Virus record (IMG/VR): IMGVR_UViG_2713897056_000007
Source: a virus
Lineage: Duplodnaviria; Heunggongvirae; Uroviricota; Caudoviricetes
Direction: 5' to 3' (one strand)
Length of the DNA: 15,044 nt
The position numbers and the translations under genes are program-made. Positions within the stretch are counted from its first letter, which is position 1. The number at the start of each line of letters is the position of its first letter. Below are positions 1 through 6,644 of this stretch, piece after piece. Below the pieces are notes generated by a model that was given only the letters and a program-made list of their open reading frames with translations, was not told the origin of the DNA and searched no databases.

Positions 1-264
1 TTGGAGGATAGCCAGCTCTTCATCCCGTTCTGCCAGCTGGCGTTTGAGACGTGCAATCTCGGTAGACATCTCCAGTTCACGTTCAGAAGACGTCTGCTGA
101 TTTTGCTGTTTACTGCGCCAGTTGTAGAGCTGTGATTCATACAGGCTGAGTTCACGGGCTGCGGCAGTAACACCGATGCGTTCAGCAAGCTTCAGGGCTT
201 CACTGCGAAATTCAGGCGAATGCTGTTTACGGGGTTTTTTACTGGTTGATACTGTTTTTGTCAT
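1..264 (-). CDS. insE: IS3 transposase OrfA (InsE-like), N-terminal 88 codons; 3' end lies outside the window
   Basis: Minus-strand ATG at 264-262 translates MTKTVSTSKKPRKQHSPEFRSEALKLAERIGVTAAARELSLYESQLYNWRSKQQNQQTSSERELEMSTEIARLKRQLAERDEELAILQ, an HTH/leucine-zipper IS3 OrfA. Not in the ORF track because no stop codon falls inside the window. Confidence 0.85.
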   Translation of the reverse strand, partial: MTKTVSTSKKPRKQHSPEFRSEALKLAERIGVTAAARELSLYESQLYNWRSKQQNQQTSSERELEMSTEIARLKRQLAERDEELAILQ

Positions 265-329
265 GTGAGTCACCTCTGACTGAGAGTTTACTCACTTAGC
301 CGCGTGTCCACTATTGCTGGGTAAGATCA
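1..329 (-). mobile_element. IS3-family insertion sequence, partial; terminal inverted repeat ends at 329 and the element continues beyond the window start
   Basis: Reverse complement of 265-329 reads TGATCTTACCCAGCAATAGTGGACACGCGGCTAAGTGAGTAAACTCTCAGTCAGAGGTGACTCA, which I recognise as the IS3 left end, followed directly by the OrfA start. Recognition is from memory, not a search. Confidence 0.85.
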
Positions 330-799
330 GTAAGGCCCCGACACCACCTAAAGGTGTGCAGCCGATTACAAATTTTGACGCCAACCGCTACCTCGGAAAA
401 TGGTATGAAATAGCTCGCCTCGAGAACTGGTTCGAACGTGGTCTGGAACAGGTCAGCGCTACTTATGAAAAACGGAACGACGGAGGGATTCGCGTACTTA
501 ACCGTGGATACGATCCAACGAAAAACAAATGGAGCGAGAGCGAAGGTAAAGCATACTTTACTGGAGATACTAAAACTGCAGCGTTGAAAGTTTCGTTTTT
601 TGGCCCCTTCTATGGTGGCTATAATGTAATCAAACTGGATGATGAGTATAAGTATGCTCTTGTCAGTGGTCCGAACAGAGAATACCTATGGATTCTGGCA
701 AGGACCCAAACTATTCCAGATAATGTAAAAGCAGACTATGTGCGTACCGCTCAAAAGTTGGGATTCAATGTCAATGAACTATTATGGGTTAAACAATAA
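330..799 (+). pseudogene. Blc-like bacterial lipocalin (outer-membrane lipoprotein family), 5'-truncated by the IS3 insertion; signal peptide and lipobox missing
   Basis: Track ORF 314-799 translates ...APTPPKGVQPITNFDANRYLGKWYEIARLENWFERGL...FFGPFYGGYNVI..., with lipocalin hallmarks (NFD..RYLG.WYEIAR; FFGPFYGGYNV) resembling E. coli Blc. Its first five codons are IS3 terminal sequence with a TTG pseudo-start; host sequence begins at 330, inside the mature lipoprotein N-terminus. Confidence 0.6.
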
Positions 800-827
800 A
801 ATCCCCACCCGAAATGATACTTATTAG

Positions 828-854
828 AAAAAAACCAGCCTTTGGGGAGGCTGG
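828..854 (-). terminator. Rho-independent terminator downstream of Q (tR'-like), functional orientation minus
   Basis: CCAGCC (835-840) / GGCTGG (849-854) stem with 8-nt loop; on the minus strand it is followed by a run of seven T (complement of A828-834). No U-tract follows it on the plus strand. Confidence 0.55.
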
Positions 855-954
855 CTAAATCAGGAAACAAGCTGTTATATGATAATAACTACGTTGCGAT
901 TCCAACATTTAAAATGTTAGACTAATGAAAATCAGACAGCAACTTTTCCTTTAA

Positions 955-1332
955 TTATTTCGAACAATCAGCATCCATCTCCAATCGGAGATCCAACACC
1001 ATCAGCATGCCCTCCACTACGCCCTCAGCTTTCTGGAGCATCCTGCCAACCCAACAATCAGATCGCCCATGCTTACGTGCAAGCGCCATAAAAGTCATGC
1101 CGCCGACATAATAGTCCACCAATAAATCATGTAAATCGCTGTTGTTTTTTTTCAGGCGAGCCATACATTCACAAATGATCATCGCGTCATCGTCACAGCA
1201 TTGCGGACGAGATCTTACTTTTGAAGGAATTAATCCCTTAAAACCGGCGGCAATGGACGACCAGGTCACATCTTCATGATTATTAGCCGCCCATGCCCCC
1301 CAACGCTCAAGAACCATCTGAATATCACGCAT
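955..1332 (-). CDS. Lambdoid late-gene antiterminator Q-like protein (phage 82/21-type Q; QuuD/QuuQ-like)
   Basis: Track ORF 955-1347 begins at a TTG; the first ATG (1332) is preceded by GGAG at 7 nt. Translation [34 protein letters not shown]...[32 protein letters not shown] matches my recollection of small Q antiterminators of E. coli cryptic prophages. Placement (last gene of the rightward operon, followed by a terminator) fits. Confidence 0.7.
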   Translation of the reverse strand: MRDIQMVLERWGAWAANNHEDVTWSSIAAGFKGLIPSKVRSRPQCCDDDAMIICECMARLKKNNSDLHDLLVDYYVGGMTFMALARKHGRSDCWVGRMLQKAEGVVEGMLMVLDLRLEMDADCSK

Positions 1333-1349
1333 CAACTTACTCCACAAAA

Positions 1350-2399
1350 TTAGGCCAGCACACCAATTGCCAGCGCGCGATCGATAAATCGAAAAATCAG
1401 CTCCAGTTGGGAGCCATACTTCTCTTCAAATGCCACGGTATCCGTATGCAACTCGTCGTGATGCTTTCTGCACAAAGGCAAAACAAAGAGATCATGTGCT
1501 TTGGTTCCCATTCCGCCCTGCCCGTGACCAATCAGATGATGCGGATCGTCGGCTGGCATACCGCAGCAAGCACACGGCTGTGTCTTAACCCAGCGTGTGT
1601 ATTTCTCCTTAACCCACCGGTGACGTTTAGGCAGCTTCATGAAAGATTCCGGAGACTCTGGATCAACGGTGATGCTTACCACCGTCTTTTCCTGTGATGG
1701 GTTTTGTTGCTGGTGGGCGTGAGGCAACGGTGCAAGATTTTTTGTGCGCTGTTTCAATATGCTGGTGGCGGTCTGCTCTCCCGGTACGATGTCGCTTTCG
1801 CGGTACACCGAGCAGATTTTTTCCGCTGGTAATCCCAGCGAGCGACGTAATACCGCTTCCGGTAGCGCGTCCGCCAGCTGATTGCGGACCGCCCACCAGG
1901 ATAATTCAGCCAGAGATAATTCACGCTCCTGCGTACCGCTTATTGCGTGACCGATGACGTCAATCATCCATGCTGACAGGTTTTGATGAGCAAGTTGCTC
2001 GAGTGATTCGGATGTCTGGTCACGCAGCTGGTTGTCGCAGTGCCAGCACAACACCATTGCGCCGGTACCATAACGGTGAATGACGGTTTCACTATGGTGA
2101 TAATCGCCGTGTGGCCACTGGCAGGATTTAACATGGCGCAGTAACCAGTCAGACAATGCGCCAGCGCCACCAGCAGCACGAATCACTCGTTCGTCGCTGA
2201 AAAATGGCAGTAATGATTTATCCTCCGCCAGCGGCTGGCGAACGGCAGGAACGACCCCGGACGGCAGATTACGCATGCTTTTCGGTTCCGGCTCCACCAG
2301 TACCCGGGTATTGTGGAATACCGGCATGGATTCACGGCCCGGCTTAACGATCACCAGCCCGAGTTCCGGTACCAGAACAGGTCGAAGTAATACCCGCAC
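1350..2399 (-). CDS. ydfU: YdfU-like DUF968 prophage protein with C-terminal HNH-like Cys/His motif
   Basis: 349-aa ORF with GTG start preceded by GGAGG at 4 nt, translationally coupled to the upstream gene (stop at 2401-2403). C-terminus ...[20 protein letters not shown]...[10 protein letters not shown] is an HNH-type zinc-finger nuclease signature. Lies next to Q as ydfU does next to quuQ in Qin (from memory). Confidence 0.75.
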   Translation of the reverse strand: MRVLLRPVLVPELGLVIVKPGRESMPVFHNTRVLVEPEPKSMRNLPSGVVPAVRQPLAEDKSLLPFFSDERVIRAAGGAGALSDWLLRHVKSCQWPHGDYHHSETVIHRYGTGAMVLCWHCDNQLRDQTSESLEQLAHQNLSAWMIDVIGHAISGTQERELSLAELSWWAVRNQLADALPEAVLRRSLGLPAEKICSVYRESDIVPGEQTATSILKQRTKNLAPLPHAHQQQNPSQEKTVVSITVDPESPESFMKLPKRHRWVKEKYTRWVKTQPCACCGMPADDPHHLIGHGQGGMGTKAHDLFVLPLCRKHHDELHTDTVAFEEKYGSQLELIFRFIDRALAIGVLA

Positions 2400-2400
2400 G

Positions 2401-2679
2401 TTACCTCCAGATGCGTTGCTGGAATGTGCGGGACGGACGCGGTGGGCGTTCGGAGTAAGGAAGCCTGACGGAGATTATCCAGTGACGGTAGCCGAGGCTA
2501 AGGGCTTTTTTAACCTCGTATCCGCGCCTGCGGTAACACTGAATTATCCATTCAGCCTGCTCTTCAGTGCATGGTGGATGCTGGAACCAGTCCGATTTGA
2601 ATGCATGAAAACGCCGTCCGCACCTGCTGGCAAAGACGGCAGAATCATCAGAATTGTGTAATTTGGTATCGTGCGCCAT
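2401..2679 (-). CDS. Hypothetical prophage protein (nin-region position; possibly Rem-like); start uncertain
   Basis: Track ORF 2401-2790 begins at a TTG with no SD. The only in-frame ATG is at 2679 (MAHDTKLHNSDD...CTEEQAEWIIQCYRRRGYEV...), with a weak SD. Stop abuts the ydfU start. Confidence 0.4.
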   Translation of the reverse strand: MAHDTKLHNSDDSAVFASRCGRRFHAFKSDWFQHPPCTEEQAEWIIQCYRRRGYEVKKALSLGYRHWIISVRLPYSERPPRPSRTFQQRIWR

Positions 2680-3033
2680 CGGTTGTCTCTGCTGGCGCAG
2701 CAGGTGCCAGTTGTTCAGGCTGGCGTATAAAGTATAAATAAACTGGTTCCAGTGTAAAGCCCCTACATTAATGGAATAAAAGTCAAACAACAGATTGTTG
2801 GGATAAACACAACGCTTATTATTAAAAGCGATTAGATAAATTAAATTTTAATGTTATGCAATTTTACCAGATCACCATAACATCTCGTTTGAAACCACCG
2901 AAACAACAACCATATCAATATTGATTATGTTAAAGTGAGTAAATATGGAAAACAACAAATCTGCACATTACGCTCCTTTTTTATCTGTGATACTTTTTGT
3001 TTTATGCTGTGTGTGGGCATTATTTTTATAAAA

Positions 3034-3063
3034 ATATTTACAGATAAAATAAACCCGCCGAAG
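3034..3063 (-). terminator. Rho-independent terminator downstream of hok (minus-strand orientation)
   Basis: Stem AACCCGC (3046-3052) / GCGGGTT (3057-3063) with a 4-nt loop; on the minus strand it is followed by TTATTTTATCT. No T-tract on the plus-strand side. Confidence 0.55.
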
Positions 3064-3137
3064 CGGGTTAAGCGCGGGTGCGTTGAGGATGCCTGACACA
3101 TCAGAGGCGGCGAGGGATTTCTCCCTCGCCAAGTCTC

Positions 3138-3293
3138 TTACTCCTCAGGTTCGTAGACTGTGAAGACAGCGACCTCCATCTGGCCGGTTCGGATTCGTAC
3201 CTCGCAGAGGTCTTTCCTCGTTACCAGTGCCGTCACTATGACGGTTAAACAGATGACGATCAGGGCGATTAACATCGCCTTTTGCTGCTTCAT
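3138..3293 (-). CDS. hokD: Hok-family type I toxin (HokD/RelF-like small membrane toxin)
   Basis: ATG at 3293 with AAGGAG 9 nt upstream; 51-aa product MKQQKAMLIALIVICLTVIVTALVTRKDLCEVRIRTGQMEVAVFTVYEPEE, near-identical to my recollection of HokD/RelF. Track ORF 3138-3350 is the same frame extended 19 codons upstream to an ATG at 3350. Confidence 0.85.
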   Translation of the reverse strand: MKQQKAMLIALIVICLTVIVTALVTRKDLCEVRIRTGQMEVAVFTVYEPEE

Positions 3294-3504
3294 AGCCTGC
3301 TTCTCCTTGCCTTTCGGCACGTAAGAGGCTAACCTAGATTTGCCGTTCATAGATTGAGCCTCAGATTAATGTTAAGCGTCTTGCAGGACGCGTAATGTTA
3401 ACTGGGGCTTTTCTCTATCTGCCTTTGGTGTTCATGCCTGAGGCAGATAGCCTCAAGCACCCGCAGCAATTCTACTTAACTCCCGTCACCTCGCCAATAT
3501 AAAA

Positions 3505-3594
3505 TCAATCAGAAAGGCGATCCATAAGAACAACAGCAAGACAATAAATTGCCATTACAGCCGCAATAGCTAGCGCACATTTGAGAACCAGCAC
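3505..3594 (-). CDS. Candidate small hydrophobic peptide (29 aa, GTG start), unannotated-type sORF upstream of hok
   Basis: GGAGG then 5 nt then GTG at 3594; translation (M)LVLKCALAIAAVMAIYCLAVVLMDRLSD is a single predicted transmembrane helix. A candidate promoter TTGAAT-17-CATATT lies upstream on the minus strand. Below the track's length cutoff; coding status unproven. Confidence 0.25.
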   Translation of the reverse strand: MLVLKCALAIAAVMAIYCLAVVLMDRLSD

Positions 3595-3910
3595 GACAAC
3601 CTCCTGTATTGGACGTACACCAGTTCTGATAAATATGAGGCTGTCTCATCATTGATTCAATATAACTATTGGGTATAGTTTCTGTGATTTTGTTCTGTAG
3701 AAATGGAACACAACAACCAGTCACCACCAGCACTTCTTTAAATACGCCAAGTCCGACGCAAGCTAACCTTCTAGTCCGCTTTGAGCGATCTGCAGACATT
3801 GCTAGCAGCCTTCTGTGTGAATTCTCAGGGAGCAGGTCGGCATAGCATCACGTTGAGGCTCTTACCCTACTTGTTGACACCAACCCTAACTCCACAGACT
3901 GATTCATAAA

Positions 3911-4912
3911 TTAGTAATCTGCGTGTTTCGCACTTTTCAGAAATGCTTTCATATTTTCATTAGGTCGCTCAATTTCGAAGTTACTTCCATATAACTCTTG
4001 TAATTTTGGCCATAACTTACTTAATAACCCTCTCCTGCGATAAAATGGATGTATCCAAACGGTAGATAGGTACGGAGAATTTGCATTTGAATTGTTTATT
4101 GTGACCAGCCCAACTAAACATTGTCGATAACCACTATTATCCATTGATTGTATTTCTTCGACGAATGGATACGCGATTACATCAGTCCAACCATGATCGG
4201 TTGTATCCCATTGCATTCCGTCATGACATTCCTTCGACTGATAGCGGCGTAAAGCTACACACGCGAGCTTTTGCCAATCTGGAGAATTAATTGTGATCTC
4301 TTCATCGTATGACGCGCCTATTGGAGCGGGTATTGGTCTGATTAATCCAGCATGGCATTCATCATAGAACTTCATGTTTCCCTCAGAAACGTTGTGTACG
4401 TTGGGTTGCTCCATGTGTGCGCCATTCAAAAATAGCTCTGATAGTAGTGTATCTACACTGTAATCTTTATTGATTATTGTCGGCTTAGAGTTTTTCTTAT
4501 TAAGGCCGCGAGTAACGATTTTTTGATCAATGTTAACAACATGGAATAATCCGTCGGGGAGGCTAGCGAACCACGATGGGGCATCGGACCAGAATAGCAT
4601 GCCTTTTGTACTTCTTAAGAGTTTAATTAAGTTAATACAAGCTTCTTCACTAGTCTTGCCGTTGATGCGAAGTATGTTAGGACTAAAGTAATATTCATCC
4701 ATATCAGGGAATGCAGCTTCGCAAAACTCCTGTACATAATTTAGCACCTGGATTCTACAGAGATCATCATAGCTGGTAATAACTAAGGGGGTATCTTCAT
4801 TACTATTATGATTATCAATAATGCAATCTATAGCGAGACTTACTGCTTTGCGTATCACTTCAGTTGAATCTAACGACTCTAAAAATTTTGTCTTTCGTGT
4901 GCGAATATCCAT
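3911..4912 (-). CDS. Hypothetical protein, downstream gene of AT-rich two-gene cassette; weak GNAT-like motif near C-terminus
   Basis: 333-aa ORF, ATG at 4912, 15 nt after the stop of the upstream cassette gene. N/K/I/Y-rich, AT-rich coding sequence unlike its neighbours. C-terminal ...CLVGLVTI...YLSTVWIHPFYRRRGLLSKLW loosely resembles the GNAT CoA-binding strand-helix; tentative. Confidence 0.7.
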   Translation of the reverse strand: MDIRTRKTKFLESLDSTEVIRKAVSLAIDCIIDNHNSNEDTPLVITSYDDLCRIQVLNYVQEFCEAAFPDMDEYYFSPNILRINGKTSEEACINLIKLLRSTKGMLFWSDAPSWFASLPDGLFHVVNIDQKIVTRGLNKKNSKPTIINKDYSVDTLLSELFLNGAHMEQPNVHNVSEGNMKFYDECHAGLIRPIPAPIGASYDEEITINSPDWQKLACVALRRYQSKECHDGMQWDTTDHGWTDVIAYPFVEEIQSMDNSGYRQCLVGLVTINNSNANSPYLSTVWIHPFYRRRGLLSKLWPKLQELYGSNFEIERPNENMKAFLKSAKHADY

Positions 4913-4927
4913 GTATGACCTGCGCTA

Positions 4928-5950
4928 TTAAAATTCATGAATGAACGGTTTGTCATCTGGTTGCAAAATGGTGGTTTTATTCGTTGCTACATTTAAACTG
5001 TTGTAGAGCATAATTGCCAGGTTCGATGCATTTTCAATCAGCGTTTCAAGATCCTGGTCTGTAATCACTACGAGGTTCCCTTCTTTATCCTTTCCACCAC
5101 GATGCACTAAGTGATTTCGATTGAGGGTTGCCAATTCAATAGCTTCTATCGGACAGTCTTTTTGTACTTTTATATCGAATGTAGCTTCATAGCGGTCGAT
5201 TACCTTTTTAGTGCTATGCCAGCTTGCACTGATCAAGTGTTCCTTGATTGACCTGATTAGCTCTCCCCTAATTTTCTCGATGGGTTCACCCTTGAAAGGC
5301 AACGCAGCAATATCTTTGCTTACTTTAAATTCAGTCTTACCTTTTTCTATACAATTGGCTATGTAGACATCATCTTTCTCTATAGAATTAATGAATAGCT
5401 CAACATAAAGCGTTTCCAAAGCTGTAATAACATTCGTGTAGAGCAAACTAAGCAAGTGGTTTTTTTGCTGTTGTTCAGTTTTATCTTTTGCAAGTTTTTT
5501 TATTTTATCGATATTATCAATGAATTTTAAATACGGATTACCGGAAGACGTTACAGCGTCGTAGATATCATCATCGTACCAATCATCTATATTATTTGAG
5601 TTTCCAGACCAGTCAAAACATTGTGTTTGTAATTCATCTACTAATTCCTCAATATACTCAGATTTAACATATTGACCGAAGATGGATTGTAGTTCTTCGC
5701 TCGCATCATACGGCCCGCCATATATGTAAGCATAGCCACCTTCTCTACTTTCATACGGACAAGCATTTGCCGGATCTTCAAAGTTTTCAAAGAACCAGTT
5801 TTTCATTACTTCGAGTTGATCTTTTTTGCTTATGTATTTTAAAGATTTTAGTGGAACTTTCTTTCCATTAACCTCGAAAACAATTTTCACGATGTAACGC
5901 TCCCTTGTATCAATTGCGCAACTATTATACCACAGCGAAATACAGGGCAT
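4928..5950 (-). CDS. Hypothetical protein with C-terminal HEPN-like RNxxxH motif, upstream gene of AT-rich two-gene cassette
   Basis: ATG at 5950 preceded by AAGGAGG at 6 nt. Alternative GTG start at 5890 (MKIVFEVNGKK...) with AGGGAG SD and an extended -10 TGGTATAAT (5932-5924, minus). Motif ATLNRNHLVHRGG about 50 aa from the C-terminus fits the HEPN Rx4-6H signature. Track ORF 4928-6040 over-extends to a non-ATG start. Confidence 0.7.
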   Translation of the reverse strand: MPCISLWYNSCAIDTRERYIVKIVFEVNGKKVPLKSLKYISKKDQLEVMKNWFFENFEDPANACPYESREGGYAYIYGGPYDASEELQSIFGQYVKSEYIEELVDELQTQCFDWSGNSNNIDDWYDDDIYDAVTSSGNPYLKFIDNIDKIKKLAKDKTEQQQKNHLLSLLYTNVITALETLYVELFINSIEKDDVYIANCIEKGKTEFKVSKDIAALPFKGEPIEKIRGELIRSIKEHLISASWHSTKKVIDRYEATFDIKVQKDCPIEAIELATLNRNHLVHRGGKDKEGNLVVITDQDLETLIENASNLAIMLYNSLNVATNKTTILQPDDKPFIHEF

Positions 5951-6081
5951 AACCTGCCTCCTTAAACTAACATACCATGAGCCAGCAATGTCCGCTATTG
6001 GCACAAAGCGGACAACCACGCTAGCTCTACCCTGTGCCACAAAATGTCAATTTGCATCTGAACTAATGCACTTTAATCTCG

Positions 6082-6504
6082 TCACTTCAATAAATACCGA
6101 ACATCACCCTGATAAAACGACAATATGCGCTGCATAACTTCACTCTTCCGGCACTCGCGACAGATTATGTTCTGACGCCTGTCGTAGCGACGTATTTCTC
6201 CGTCAGGTAATGACCAGATAAGGTCCGGATCAACCGCAGATGGTTTCTTCAGCTTTGCCCTTGAGAGCTTTTTACGGGCATTTTGCCAGTCCTTACGCGC
6301 CTGTTCAGACGGGAATAACCCGTAACCAGAGTTGCATACATCGCCGCTGGCAACCAGCTCTCTTGCGAGAACGCTCATCAGATATCTTGTCGCACCTGTC
6401 TTGACTTCCAGTTGCCGTAACGTCTCACGCCCACTCTGGCGTACGAGTTCAACAACCTGTCCTTTAATTTTTTCCCGCTCTTCTTGTGTAAAAACTTTTG
6501 CCAC
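6082..6504 (-). CDS. Hypothetical prophage protein (140 aa) downstream of the replisome organizer
   Basis: GTG start at 6504 with AGGAGG 4 nt upstream; product MAKVFTQEEREKIKGQVVELVRQSG...RRQNIICRECRKSEVMQRILSFYQGD. No family recognised. Confidence 0.6.
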   Translation of the reverse strand: MAKVFTQEEREKIKGQVVELVRQSGRETLRQLEVKTGATRYLMSVLARELVASGDVCNSGYGLFPSEQARKDWQNARKKLSRAKLKKPSAVDPDLIWSLPDGEIRRYDRRQNIICRECRKSEVMQRILSFYQGDVRYLLK

Positions 6505-6644
6505 AAGCCCTCCTGAAAATTACCTCATGACCAGAAATTAACACTTACCCCCTGAAGCCCGGCGGAATTTCGTTATCCGGTTCAGAAATATGATTCACAC
6601 AACGCTGGTTGTTCGTGCCGCTTACCGGGAGCAACCAGGGGTTC

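Noticed and set aside
1293-2661. Plus-strand ORFs 1293-1697, 1694-1957, 2275-2661 and minus-strand ORFs 1663-1896, 1964-2179
   Set aside because: All lie within or antisense to the Q, ydfU and nin-like genes, which have much better coding and translational-coupling signals; translations are Arg/Pro/Cys-rich junk typical of shadow frames.
3138-3350. 70-aa extended Hok ORF starting at the ATG at 3350
   Set aside because: Hok-family toxins are about 50 aa. The internal ATG at 3293 has a strong AAGGAG SD and gives the canonical 51-aa protein; the 19-codon extension is kept only as a possible leader or Mok-like feature.
3509-3799. 96-aa minus-strand ORF (MSADRSKRTRRLACVGLG...CCCSYGSPF)
   Set aside because: Cys/Gly-rich low-complexity translation with no convincing start context. 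It overlaps, in another frame, the SD-anchored 29-codon sORF and the candidate promoter, so it is more likely non-coding leader sequence.
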